A DNA stretch of 64,000 nucleotides from Podarcis muralis. Taxonomy: Eukaryota. Shown in pieces: positions 21,301-34,092 of this stretch. Below the pieces are notes generated by a model. It was not told the DNA's origin and made no database searches. It saw only the letters and a list, made by a program, of their open reading frames with translations. Position numbers and translations under genes: made by a program. The stretch spans positions 16,554,001 through 16,618,000 of the forward strand of contig NC_135661.1 in assembly GCF_964188315.1 (NCBI RefSeq). The letters run 5' to 3'. The number at the start of each line of letters is the position of its first letter. The first letter of the stretch is position 1.

Positions 21301-24300
21301 GCCCTAGGCTCTGTGGTTTAACCCACAGCGCCACTCGCAACCCGCCACCTGCCACTGGCTTAGCTGACATGTAATGGACAACATGGCAATAATTGTACGA
21401 CAAATGTGATGTGCTTTGTCTGATTAACTGGGTGATTGTGAGGTGGCATAAAAGCTGAAAAGACCCTGTGTTCGTTACAGTTCCCGTCCCTTTATGGAAC
21501 CGTCCTTTACCACAATACAATCAATGAAGATGGGTATTGTCTTGTTTGAACATTGGTTGCCTTTTTACTTAATAAATTCCCTACCTGAGAACAAACTGAG
21601 AGAGTTGCATAGGTCTCTCCCTGGACAGGCGATACAAAACAAGATGGGCATTTCCCACTAAGGGGCCATTGCCCAGGGCTGGAGGATTTGTTTTGCAAGT
21701 GAAAGATCCCAGATTCAATCTTCAGGTAGGGCTGGGAGAGACTTCTGCCTGAAACCCAGGAGAGCAATCACTGCCACTCACTGTTCACAGTACAAAGCTA
21801 GTCGACCACTGATTTGACTCACTGTAAAGCAGCTTCCTGGTTAAGCCAGCACTTTGTTCACAAATGGGAGGACTAGAATCTTGCTTCATATTTAGGGATG
21901 GACCATAGCTCAGAGCATCAAGTCCAAGGTTTGATCCCAGCATCTCCAGATAAGGTCAGAAGAAACCTCGCTCGAGAGCTGCTGCCAGCCAGTGGAGACA
22001 ATACTGAGATAGATGGAACAATGGTCTAACCTGGTATAAGGCAGTAAAGAGGATACCAATGTTCAAAGACGCGGCATTATTTAGGGATTACCTGGAGCAA
22101 CACTCAAGCAGCGGAAGGATTTGAAGCCTGCTGGCTGCTACAAACAGGTCTTGGGCCATCTCCGGCACGAGCGCAATCTCCTCCGTGTAGTAATAGTTCA
22201 CCACAGCTTGGACAATGGAGGGCTCCATGTCTTGCAGCAGAACCTCTCCATCCTTTGACTCCCGGAAGGAGCTGGAGAACATGGCTCGGAAGTAGGGGTT
22301 GATGGCAGCAAGGAGCATCCTAAATAACAGGGAGGGAGGGATGTGTTGACATTAGGAGGTCAGGGTATCAATCTAATTCAGCATTCCTTAGCTACCTTGA
22401 ACCAGGTGGAATCTCTGTCAGCAAACTTGGGCTCCAGAAGGTCATAACCACAGCCCAAAGGATTATTGGTCATCCTCTCCCATCTTTGGAAGAACTGTAC
22501 GGTTCCCGTTGTCTTAGGAAAGCAAACAACATCCTGCAGGATTCATCTCACCCGGGACACAGTCTGTTTGCACTACTGCCTTCTGGCAGGAGATATAGAA
22601 ACATCAAGTCAAGGACAAATAGACTGAAAAACAGTTTCTATCCAAGAGCTGTGGCCTTTTTGAATGCTGTAACTCGATAGTGTGACCTGGGAGTTTGATG
22701 GGTGTTGGTGTGGGTGTGGCTGGAATGTGGTTTGTTTGGTTGTTGTTGTTGTTGTTGTTTTGCTTTTGTTGTTTTTAAGGGATGGCATCCAATTTCGTTG
22801 CACTTGTGCAATGTTGCACTTGTGTAATGGCAATAAAGAATCTATTCTATTCTATTCTATTCTATTCTATTCTACCTCACTGCTCAACCCCAAACCATTT
22901 ATGAGCGAGTTTAAAAGCATTGACTCACAGTGTAGACAACCCTGATCTAGATAGACCAAAGGTCTGACTTAGTATAAGGCAGTTTCTAATGTTCCTGTGT
23001 CTACCAGCTCCTGTATTTTGTTTCTAATTATTGCAGTCTCTTGTAGCCTTGGGGGGAGGGAGAATGATGGCCCCACTTCTGCCAGTGTGGTGTAGTGGTT
23101 AAGAGCGGTAGTCTCGTAATCTGGGGAACCAGGTTTGCGTCTCCACTCCTCCACATGCAGCTGCTGGGTGACCTTGGGCTAGTCACACTTCTTTGAAGTC
23201 TCTCTCTTTTTTTTTTTAACAGATATTTATTGAAATTTTCAAAAAAATCCAGAAAAAAGAAAAAAAGAAAAAAAGAATTAAAATCACTCAACGTTTACAT
23301 TCCTTATTTTCAATAACATATTTCCATGACTTCCCCACGCCTCCCCTTCTTCCATTTCCAATTGTTAGTTCAACAAGTTCTTGTCCCCAATTTTTAACCT
23401 TATTCTATTTAGTTCATTATTATATTTAATTCATTTTATGTATCCAATTTTAACTTATATACATCAGTCTTTATATGTCAGTACTCCTTCTTAAAACCTT
23501 TTTCTAAGGTCGACCCAAATTCCCTTCCACGAATTCCCCATTTTTATACTAATAACAAAACAAAATAAAAAGAATCAGAATATAATTGTACACCCTTTGG
23601 ATTCCCAAACCCCACCCCCCCTTTCCCGGTTTCGATCCCCAACAAATGTCCATCAGTCTATCTGCTATCAGCCTGGAGACCTCACGTCCGAGGCTCTTAA
23701 TTCTCTCTCAATTCCTCTCTGCCGGTTTTTTTGATAGTCCTTTGTATTAAACACCAAATCTCGGAGAAGCTCTGTCCCAATAATGTCCATATTTCTTCCA
23801 GCCAGACCTCCATATTTAAAAGTGGAGCTCAAATCTTGTTTCTTAATCCTTTTAAGTCCAAATGTCCCAAAAGCTCCAGCTTCCACCTTGATCAAATTTG
23901 TAATCCATAGGTCTTCAGATCTCCACAAAAGGAGATCTCTCCATTCTTCATTCTTCAATTCAAACCAGATTTTCATCATCCAGTTCTTATTTTCCTTTGT
24001 ATCCATCTTGACAGGCCTCTGGCTCTCCTTTGCCATCTGCAGCATTGCAGTCCCTCCTTCCTGTTCCTCCTGATCAGCATATATCTCTATCTCCACTTTC
24101 TCAAATTTCTCAGATTTCTTTTCTTGTTCAGCTGCACGAACTTTTTGAGTCAAGTCCTTATCCAACTCAGTAAGTTTATTTACTGTTGACTTCAAAGTTG
24201 TGACACTTGTAGCCAAAACATCACTTTGCTCTTGCAACTTTCCCAAGAGAAAAAAAACCTTGTCCAGTTCAGCCTGTATTTTTCCACCTGCAGCCATTCT

Positions 24301-27300
24301 TGTAATGTCCCTGAACCCCCTCTAGAGGGATTCTGGTTACTTAGTATTCCTTCCAGTTCCAACCCAAAAGTCAAGTTAACTTGTTTCAGTTCTTCTTTGT
24401 TTTCAACAATTTATAACTATATTGTGACAAATATAACCAGCAAAGACAACAGAAACAAAGTTCTCTATTTTTTTCCAGCTTTGACAGCTAGTTTGACAGC
24501 TGTCAAAATCTTCTATGTCTCCTCAACAGGCTCTCTCTCGCGGATCACTCCCGGGTCCCGGGGGGGTGGCACTTCAGCTCTCAAAATTAACTCTTATCCT
24601 CCAGCAAGATTACTTATACTGCCAAATCGTGAAATTAATAACTTTATCCACTAAAAAAGAAGATGTTCTCTTGACCTTAGTTATCTAGTCCTTGCTTCAA
24701 GTTGTTTACAAGGCGGGGAGATGGACTTCCTCTTTGCGCCTTCCCCGATCGTGCCGAATTCAAACAAAAATTTTCCTTTTATAAATCCGATTTCCGTATT
24801 ACTCACGGGTTGTTACTTTTAGTCCAAATGTTCAAAGGAAGAAGTCAGCGCTCTCCGACCATGGCATGCGGCTTCACTCCGTAGGAGAAATAGTCGACTC
24901 TCAGCACCACGCCGCTCCCCATCCCCCCTTTCCAAGCCTTTAAAAAGGCTCCTTCTCGGGTCGGGGGGGGCGCAAATGGTGCCCGCCGAGTCACCAGGTC
25001 CACAGGCTTCAGCGCCTGTGGTTTCTGAGGGTCCCTGCGTCGCCGCCGCGGCAGGACCCGTCTCCTACTGAGCCGATTCCCTCCGGAGCTCGGAGGGAAT
25101 CCGCCATTAGACGATGGCGCTAACCCGGAAGTCACTTCTTTGAAGTCTCTCAGCCCCACTCACCTCACAGAGTGTTTGTTGTGGGGGAGGAAGGGAAAGG
25201 AGAATGTTAGTCGCTTTGAGACTCCTTAAAGGGAGTGAAAGGCGGGATATCAAATCCAAACTCTTCTTCTTCTTCTTCTGACCATTGTTTGATTCTATAG
25301 GAGTTCCCCTAAACTGGGGATGGGGAGGCCTAAGAACCTCCAGGTGTTCATGGACTACAGGTCCCATAATTTATTTTGTTTCGATATTTCATAAAACGTA
25401 TATGCCCACTTGGTTGTAGGAAAAACCTTGTAGTGATTATGGCTGATGGGAACCGGAGTCCAGCACCCTAACCACCTCATACCTCATGAGTACATGGATG
25501 CTGTTTCAACCATGGTAGAGAATGACCCAATGTGAGTAGATCTAGGAAGCTTAGCACGAGAATTTCCAGGATTATGCTGGAAAGAGCTATATAGCAAAGA
25601 ATGTCAACAAGGTATTCCATGTGAGTTGCGCTAAACCAGGGATGTCAAATCCCAAGGACCTTCTGATGTTGCTAGAACTACAATTCCCATCATGCCTGAC
25701 CATGAGACATGCTGTCTAGACCGAATTGATTTGGAGTCTAAGCAAGCATGCATGTGGTGGTACAGTGGTACCTCGGTTTACGAACTTAATCTGTTCCTGA
25801 AGTCCGTTCTTAAACCAAATCTGTTCTTAAACTGAGGCACGCTTTCCCTAATGAGGCCTCCCGCCGCGAGTACCCTTTCATCATTCGGCTTCCATTTGTA
25901 TACCAAGGTGAAGTTCACAAACCGGGGCACCACTTCCGGTTTTGTAGATTTCATAAACCAAATAGTTCGTAGACTGGACTTTTCGTAAACCGAGGTACCA
26001 CTGTAATTACAAGGAAGAGGAGCAGGTGGTGATGAGATCAAGTCACATGCAGAGGGAACCACATGGAGAGTGTCTTGCCCAGGGGCCCTTCTAAACCCAG
26101 AGCAGGCCCTTTGCCTGCATGACAAATAGTAACCCCAAAATGTATAAATAAATACCTGTGACAGGGGAACCGTTCGCCTTTGGCCACGATGGTTGTGTCA
26201 CAGAGGAGCTGTTCCTGGAGAAGATGATTCAGCCCTATAGGAAGAGAGGGAATGTGTGCGATGAGACAGAGCAGACAGCCATCAGAAGTGAAGCCTTATT
26301 AGTGGTGCGACCAGTGGGGGCTGCCCAACTTTTGCAAATTATTTCTCCCAAACAGAATGCATTTTTAGGTATGTTATTAACAGTGCTTCCTTCCTGGGGG
26401 AAAGCAAAGGCACGCATATCCCTAAACATTTTGTGAATCTTCGTACTTTTGTCCATTTACTGCATTTATTTTTCCCAATTTGAACTATAAAATGGTGGTT
26501 TTCTTGAGTCAAAATGAGAGTACCCCCAAACATTTTTTTTAGGGAGGAAAAGCACTGATTATTAATACTTATGCATGATTTGCTATGCACACTTTGCTAT
26601 AATATACATATATTAAATGCTTCCCCCCCCCCTTTTGCTGGCAGAAAAATCACAACATTTGGAGAAGTGCAAACATGAAAAGACAGCTGTTCCTTGCTTT
26701 GCATACTGTTTCAGGAAGCTGCAAATGTGGTTGCTTCACATTAACAAGTGCACCAAGCTGATTTTCTCCTTACCTCTGCATTAAGTAATGTGGTCCAAGA
26801 ATGGAATGGATGTTACCGTCCCATTAAAAAGTTTCCACAATGTTTTTAATTAAAGAAAAATCATTATTGACATTTATGCAGGACTGGAAACTTATTATGG
26901 ACTTTTTTGCGTGAAAGAGAAAATGAACTTGTAATATCTGCATTTGAAGATTGAAAAAAATACCAGTTTATAGAAGATAGAATGGTCGGGTGTTAATGTG
27001 TGAATACTATATGTAGCTGCAAGACAAAGAACTGAAGGTCTTTTTATTTTTCTCTATTCTCCCTATTCTTTTCCCTTCCAATGTTTTTTCTTTCTACCTT
27101 TATTTCTCCCTCCCCCACACTTTTTAAAATATTCTTCCCACCTCTGTTCTCTTTTAGATGAAATATTTCAGTGTATTATAAAAGTATACTATGCAATAGA
27201 TATGAATTTTTGTATATCTTTGGACAAGTATCAATAAACATATTTCGAGAAAAGAAAACGAAGAAAAATTAAAGTATCCATTGCTATGGGCTGCATTCCT

Positions 27301-27731
27301 TAAAACACAACTACAGTTGTACCTCGGATTACAGATGCTTCAGGTTACAGACTCCACTAACCCAGAAATAGTACCTCTGGTTAAGAACTTTATATCCGGA
27401 TGAGAACAGAAATCGTGCGCTGGCTGTGCAGCAGCAGTGGGAGGCCCCATTAGCTAAAGTGGTACCTCAGGTTAAGTATAGTTTCAGGTTAAGAACGGAC
27501 CTCCAGAACGAATTAAGTTCTTAACCCGAGGTACCAGTGTACTAGGAAATAAGCCCCACTGAACACAACAAGGCTTGCTTCTGAGTGAACATGAAATAGA
27601 TGGTAAAAAAATCTTGCCCAGCCATGGTGGGCTCAGATATCGGGGGACCTACCCTCTCGTATGTACTGATTCAAAGACTTGTGTTCCTCTCCAACGATAT
27701 CATCATCTCTGTCCCAAGGTGAATTCATCAT
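18359..27731 (-). CDS. Kelch-like (BTB-BACK-Kelch) protein B, 643 aa; coding exons 27731-27653, 26234-26156, 22319-22092, 19904-18359
   Basis: Canonical splice sites and a 1932-nt in-frame CDS: MMNSPWD...QYIRE-GLNHLLQEQLLCDTTIVAKGERFPCHR-MLLAAINPYFRAMF...-YLLEHISPENC...SELTVYRAVWRWV..., followed by Kelch repeats. Exon sizes (79, 228, one large terminal exon) and phases match gene A. Confidence 0.9.
19923..20122 (-). mobile_element. 5'-truncated Sauria SINE next to the terminal-exon acceptor of Kelch gene B
   Basis: AAGGTAAAAAGGTAAAGG tail at 19923-19940 followed by Sauria SINE body. Confidence 0.8.
20998..21340 (-). mobile_element. Sauria SINE
   Basis: Full-length reverse-complement copy. 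Confidence 0.9.
22484..22873 (+). mobile_element. Rex1/Babar LINE 3' fragment
   Basis: Peptide EELYGSRCLRKANNILQDSSHPGHSLFALLPSGRRYRNIKSRTNRLKNSFYPRAV is the characteristic Rex1 C-terminus; followed by AATAAA and an (ATTCT)n tail. Confidence 0.85.
23081..25279 (+). mobile_element. Squam3-like SINE split into 23081-23204 and 25133-25279 by an L1-derived insertion
   Basis: The two halves rejoin into a complete SINE matching 16416-16635 and end in (TCT)n. Confidence 0.85.
23205..25132 (-). mobile_element. Full-length non-autonomous ORF1-only (HAL1-like) L1 derivative, copy 1; 209-aa ORF at 24297-23668
   Basis: ACTTCCGG 5' end, CpG-rich 5'UTR, one ORF with an N-terminal coiled-coil-like region, G-rich 3'UTR, AATAAA and poly(A). 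19-bp target-site duplication CACTTCTTTGAAGTCTCTC (23186-23204, 25133-25151). No endonuclease or RT. Confidence 0.85.
25763..26003. mobile_element. Tc1/mariner-type MITE
   Basis: TA-flanked, with termini CAGTGGTACCTCGGTTTACG / CGTAAACCGAGGTACCACTG. Confidence 0.9.
26870..27270 (+). mobile_element. L1-clade LINE 3' end fragment
   Basis: Peptide FMQDWKLIMDFLRERENELVISAFED*, then a pyrimidine-rich 3'UTR, AATAAA and an A-rich tail. Confidence 0.65.
27314..27539. mobile_element. Tc1/mariner-type MITE
   Basis: TA-flanked, with termini CAGTTGTACCTCGG / CCGAGGTACCAGTG; related to 14963-15204 in opposite orientation. Confidence 0.85.
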
Positions 27732-28349
27732 TGCACTCCTTCCTGCTCCCAGATAGCAAAGCTGTATTGCAAGTCATTCCTGCTGGTGGAGGGGGGGGGG
27801 AGACACAGAATAAAGATGAGAAGAGGTCATTGGCAAGAAATCTGAATCAGAGACTCCCAGTCAAGTGCAAGATGTAGGCAAAGACGCAAGTTTATCAGAA
27901 AAAGGCCATTGATGACTACTGGTCATGGGGACTACTCTCTGCTTCCATGGTTGAATGCAGTAATGCCTCTGAATGTCAGTTGCTGGAAACGATAGGAACA
28001 GGGAGCACTGCTGTGCTCAGGTTTCCCATGGGGATTTGGTTCACCTCGGTTAAGAACAGGATGTCATTGGCTTGATCCAGTGAGCTCTTCTAAAGTTCCT
28101 CAGAATATTAGAAGATCCCTGCAAAGACTCATCTAGCATTTTGCTTCACACATTGATCAGCCCCAATCTGTCGACATGAGTCCCCTGTTTTAATTCGTGT
28201 GTGTTGTGTTAGTTTTGTTACATATTTTAGTTATGGGTTGCATGCCCCCCAGTCCCCAAGGAGAAAGATGCTCCAAGGGTGCCAGAGGTCTGTTTTCAGG
28301 TTTTGGTTCCTTGGAATGAAAGTCCATGAAGACTGTGGATTCTTTAGAG

Positions 28350-28671
28350 CATGGGTAGGCAAACTAAGGTCCAGGGGCTGGATCTGGCCCGATCGCCTTC
28401 TAAATCCGGCCCACGGACGGTCCAGGAATCAGCGTGTTTTTACATGAGTAGAATGTGTCCTTTTATTTAAAATGCATCTCTGGGTTATTTGTGGGGTCTG
28501 CCTGGTGTTTTTACATGAGTAGGATGTGTGCTTTTATTTTAAATGCATCTCTGGGTTATTTGTGGGACACAGGAATTCATTCATTTTCTTTTTTAAAAAT
28601 ATAGTCCAACCCCCCACAAGGTCTGAGGGACAGTGGACCAGCCCCCTGCTGAAAATGTTTGCTGACCCCTG
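28350..28671. mobile_element. Non-autonomous hAT element
   Basis: Termini CATGGGTAGGCAAAC / GTTTGCTGACCCCTG, an 8-bp TSD CTTTAGAG/CTTTAGGG and an internal ~70-bp tandem duplication. A matching right end occurs at ~37620-37679. Confidence 0.8.
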
Positions 28672-29461
28672 CTTTAGGGCATGTATGGTTTCATTTACAC
28701 ATATATACAGCCTGAGCTTAGGATGGAGGGACTCACAACGTTAACACTTCAACAGATCTTGGGCTCCCCATTAAGTTTCTAGAGAGGGTCCCGAAGGCCA
28801 TGGCTTCAGATTCAGCACGCACAGCAAGTGAAGCCTTTGAGTCTTTCCATATTGAGACACAGCTACTAGCTCCATGGCCCTCCCCACAGGGCCTGCAACT
28901 TGCCTCCCATCCCAGTTATTCCTATCAACCCACAAGACTAATTCCCATCTCCATAACCCCACCTCTGTCCGGAGTCTGGTGTGCAGCCTGATCTTCCTTC
29001 CCCCCGAGCTTTGCCCCTCCCAGCCTGAACATCACCCAGCCTCCAATTGGTCCAACTGGCAGAGGTGTCATAGTCTGTTTTGCTTATTGTGCTCTGATTT
29101 GTTATTCTCCAATTGTGTGCCTTGCATGGATGGGGAGGGGGCACACCTGGAGCCTCATTAAGGATTAGGAGAGGGGAGGTGTGGCTTCAGGAAAGGAGGG
29201 GCGGGGCTTAAATGGACCATAGAACAAGAACAAACAGCTTCAGAAGGAATTCTTTGAGCAACGGAGAGCATCATTGCAGACCCTCCAAGTGTCCAAATTT
29301 TCCAGAGACAGTCCCAGATTTACAGAAGCTGTCCCAGTTTGTGATTTGATCTCAGGATGTCCTGCTTTTCCTTAGGATGTCTCTATTTTCATCAGAGAAA
29401 TGTTGGTGGGTATAGTAGAACGTCCCTATTTTCATTGGAAGTTATAGAATTATGTGACCCC

Positions 29462-32305
29462 TGATGAGGAACAGGAATTCATGGACAGCCCTATCACCCC
29501 AGAGGAAATAGATGCAGTCCTCAAAAAACTGAAACCACATAAAGCCCCAGGCCCAGACGGCTTCACAGCAGAATTCTATAGGAAATTTAAAGAACCCTTG
29601 ATGCCCTACATGACCCGCCTATTCAACGACATCATAAAAGGGGGCCCCATCCCCAAAACCTGGACCCACTCCAAAATAGTCTCCATCCCAAAACCACTAA
29701 AAGACAGCCTCAAAGTAGAATCATACCGCCCAATCTCATTAATAAACCAAGACTACAAGATATTCACATCAATCTTGGCCAACCGCCTAAAAATATTTCT
29801 ACACAAGTTAATAGCCCCAGACCAGACTGGCTTTGTCTCTGGCCGCAATATAACAGACCCCATCAGGAAACTACTGAACCTGATCGAACACAGCAAGGCA
29901 ACCAAACTCCCATTGACAATTATGTCCCTAGACATCCTCAAAGCCTTTGATTGCTTAGAGTGGAAATACATATTAGCAGTACTAACTAACATGAAATTTG
30001 GCCCCAACTTCCTACAAATCCTCAAACAAATATACTCCGAAGCCTCAGCAAAATGCAGAACTAACAATATGGATTCTAATACTATAGCTATCCAAAGAGG
30101 CACGAAACAAGGATGCCCACTGTCTCCCTTCTTATTTATCCTGGCTCTGGAACCCCTAGCAATCCGCATCCGAGCAGCCACAGACATCAAGGGAGTGGAA
30201 ATAAAAGGCAGAACCTATAAATTAGGGCTCTTTGCAGATGACCTAATGGTCACAACACCAGACCCCATAAGCACAGCAACCTCCCTAATCAGAGAACTCA
30301 ACACATTTGCAGTGGTGTCGGGCCTACAGGTAAATTTTACAAAGTCAGAAGCTATGTGCTTCAACACCCCTCCTCACACCCAAAAAGAACTCATGAAGGT
30401 CACCAAAATAAAACTTTGCCACACCAAGTTCAGATACCTAGGGGTACAAATAACCAGAAACCTCAATAAATTGTACCTCCACAACTACAAGCCCCTGTGG
30501 CGACAAATTAACAAAGACCTAAAGAGATGGAATAACATGAATTTCACTCTCTCAGACAAAATAGCCATGATCAAAATGATCACACTCCCAAAACTAACCT
30601 ACCTATTCCAAACCCTCCCAATCTGGATCCCCTCAACCCAACTTCGCAGTTGGCAGAGAAAACTACGCTCTTTCATCTTCTCACATAAAAAACCAAGAAT
30701 AAGCTCCAAATACCTGCACCTCCCCACCTCAGAAGGAGGATGGGGAATCCCCAACATAGAAGCATATTACACTGCCAACCAAATACGCCATATAATCCCA
30801 TATATACTAGAAGATGAGACAAAACAATGGGTACACCTAGAAAGGGACACAATTGAAAACACCTGCACCACAACATAACAGGTACACACAGACCATGCTC
30901 AAAGCATGGAAAACACAAATAGGCAAACTATCCCCAACCCCATCCCTACTAATCCCCCTGGCGTACCACCCATTATTCCACCATGCAGCACAAAACCTCC
31001 AGATAAAAACCTGGCGAGCCAAAGGCTTATATCGCCTAATAGACTTTTATAAAAATAACAAACCCCTGTCAACACAAGAAATACAAGACAAACTAGAAGA
31101 CACCCAAATGCCCTGGTTAACACAACACCAACTACACGCCCTCTTAAACAACCCAACAGTAAAATCAGCAGCAACTAGGCCCCTGACAACCTTCGAAAAT
31201 CTCCTCCTAACAACAAAGGGAAACGGTAAAGGGACAGTATCCGCAATATACAAAATACTACTCCAAAATCCCGCAAATCCCCTAGACGCAATCAAAAAAC
31301 AATGGGAGAATGACATAAGCTTTGAGATTAACCCCACTCAATGGACCAGAATGTGGTCTAAACCCCCCTTTAAATCCATATCAATGAAAAGAAAAGAACT
31401 CACACTGAAACTCACCTACAGGTGGTACCTAACACCAAGGAAACTAGCGCTAATACACCCAGGAACCTCACCAAAATGCTGGAGAGGGTGCACCTCCACA
31501 GGCACATACCTCCACATGTGGTGGGAGTGTCCCAAAATCCAACTATTCTGGACGACAGCCATACAAGAAATATGTACAATAACTAAGCAAGTAATAGACA
31601 TAACCCAAAATTGGCCCTACTAAACATCTTCCAAGACAACAATGCCCATTTACACCACAAAGAACTCATAACCCACCTGCTCTCAGCAGCCAGAAATACC
31701 ATAACCAGACACTGGAGAGACCTGTCAGGAGTAAGCATGGACCAATGGTACCAAATAGTATGGGAAACAGCCCTACTAGAAAAATTAACTAATAAACTGA
31801 AACTGACACGGGGACAAACAGAAGAAGACACCTTCACCCCGGTATGGCTCCCCTTTATCACACACACAGCCCAACAGGACAATGACAATAATCCACCAAC
31901 AGCATACAAATCAATATGGCTAACCTGATCCAAAACACCCACCCACCTCACTCACACACAAAAACAAAGATCACCACAGCCAATCACAAGCAAACAATCA
32001 CACCCTAGGCCAACCCCAACCTCTCTCACCACCAAAGGAACACAAGTGAACAACACAAACAACGCTGACACCAAACTCTACACACATTAAACATAATAGA
32101 AACACCGCCACCCGACCCCACCCCCATCCATCTTCCCTCTCTCCACCCCCCCCTTTTCTTCCCTCTTTCTTTTTTTCTTCTCCCCCTAATGCCTCAACAA
32201 ATGAAATGGATTTGTAAAAATGTTACATGGAAAAAACAAACAAAAAACGAGGCACTACACTTCTGTAAAACAAGAAAATCCTTAATAAAATATTTTTTAA
32301 AAAAA
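29462..32305 (+). mobile_element. 5'-truncated L1 (ORF2 reverse transcriptase and C-terminal CCHC region; frameshifts near 30865 and 31615)
   Basis: RT motifs KAPGPDGF, YRPISLIN, QGCPLSP, FADD, YLG and zinc knuckle CWRGC...HMWWEC. AATAAA plus A tail; 16-bp TSD AGAATTATGTGACCCC (29446-29461, 32306-32321). Confidence 0.95.
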
Positions 32306-32456
32306 AGAATTATGTGACCCCCTTCCCCTCCTGAGCCAAGGAGATAAGTAACCTTAAGAAGACATCAGAAGGCAGCCCTGTAAGTTTTTTAATGTTTGAT
32401 ATTTTATTATGTTTTTATGTTTGTTGGGAGCTGCCTGGAGTGGCTGGGATATAAAG

Positions 32457-32458
<2 letters not shown>

Positions 32459-32500
<42 letters not shown>
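32459..32500 (+). repeat. (TAA)n microsatellite
   Basis: About 14 perfect units. Confidence 0.95.
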
Positions 32501-32501
<1 letters not shown>

Positions 32502-33555
32502 GAGTAGGACATCGCTATTTTCATTGAAGAAATGTTGGATGGTATGTCATTGGTTGGGCCCTGCCTCATGAGCTGTTACATTTTCATTGGGAAACCTGTG
32601 AGTCTCTGGATGTTGTTTGTCTCCAGTACTCATCAATCCCAGTACGATTGGTGGTGAGGGATCATGCAAGCTGTAGTCTAGCAACATCCAAAGGGTCACA
32701 AGTACCATAAGGCTACTAGCCACTATGCCTCCATTCTGCCTTCATTGTCTGAAAAACAGTTGTTAGGAATCACAAGTGATGGGAGTTTCTGTTGTGCCCA
32801 AGTCCTATTGGGGGGCTTCTTGAAACAGGTATCTTGTTGGCCACTGTGAGAACAGGATACTGGACCAGTTGAACCACTGGTTCAGGAGCGCTCTCCTTAG
32901 GTTCTCGTGGTTCATGGTGCTATTTTGATGCTATTTAGTGCTTAGGTTCATCCCTACTGTAGTGTCAAGGTTACGCAGGAGGGTTTCACAACAACACAGA
33001 GTGTATCTTCTTTCACTGCTTCCAATCCATTTCCTCATTCTCAGGCTCAAAATAGAAACAGGGGTTTCTCTAAGAAACGAAGGGAAGCAGAGGGAAACCG
33101 AGAGATACATCCTTGTAGAGAAAAGGTGATTCAGATCTGCAAGGGGAGGCAAAGGGGGAATCCAGCCTTGGACAACCAAGAAAGCAAACAGCCCAGCGGT
33201 CAAATCCTGTTGGGGCCAGAATGAAGTAGGATTGTCAGCAGAGCAGCAAAAGAAACATGCACCCTGGCCTGCCAAGACTTATGGCCCTGGGTGCAAATAC
33301 ACAATCACAAAAGGGCTTAATGCTCAATATATGATTATTTTTTGGAATGATCACATACAGTGGAGGCTGCTCCTTCAGGGCAAATGGGGCTGTGCCCCAT
33401 CCTCCTCAGTCAGCACTCAGCAGCCTCCAGCTGTCTGCCCTCTTGCTTATAATAAAAAATAGAAACCATACACGCTTTGGTTAAAACACAGTGATCCGTC
33501 TTGGAACCCTTGCCCCGTATCTCTGTATCTTTGCTTTTGAAAATGTTTTTGTAGA

Positions 33556-34092
33556 CCTGCCAAGGAAATTAAAAAAACATTTTCATGTATGCAACAACGG
33601 CGGCAAGAGTCTTAATAGCACAAGGATGGAAGAATGAGGAAATCCCGACTAAAGAACTGTGGCATGAGAAATTGATGGACTATGCGGAATTGGCGAAATT
33701 GACACATAAACTACGTGACAAGGATAACTGTGACTTTAAAGAAGAATGGGAACCTTTTACGAAGTATTGAAAGAAACAACAAAATGAACTGGACTCCTTG
33801 GCAGGTTTTGAATAAACTCTCACAAATTCTTTATTGGCAACATACAGATAGATAAATTGAGGATCTTTACAATTTTATAACATGCAGAGAATAACATGTG
33901 AAATAATAACATGTGAAATAATAACATGTGAATAACATGAGAAACCAGAGAGAGGAGCTGAGGGAAGTCTGTGGGTGGGAGGGTGGGTTTTTCTTTTTCA
34001 GGGGGGAGGGGGAAATGGAGGGGGGAAATGTGGAGAATGTATTTTTGTTAAATTGTTATTTTGAAATCCCTAATAAAAAATATTTTAGAAAA
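33556..34092 (+). mobile_element. 5'-truncated L1 3' end
   Basis: Peptide [45 protein letters not shown] and A-rich tail, approximate TSD GAAAATGTTTT, and an internal 15-bp tandem repeat at ~33890-33940. Confidence 0.8.

Noticed and set aside
9746-27731. Assigning specific KLHL/KBTBD symbols
   Set aside because: There is a slight resemblance to the KLHL40/41-type linker, but the exon structure and sequence do not allow a confident orthology call without a tree.
32946-33125. 180-nt AG/GT-bounded open segment
   Set aside because: Open in two frames and also on the opposite strand, with no recognisable product and no in-frame partner exon that extends the ORF.
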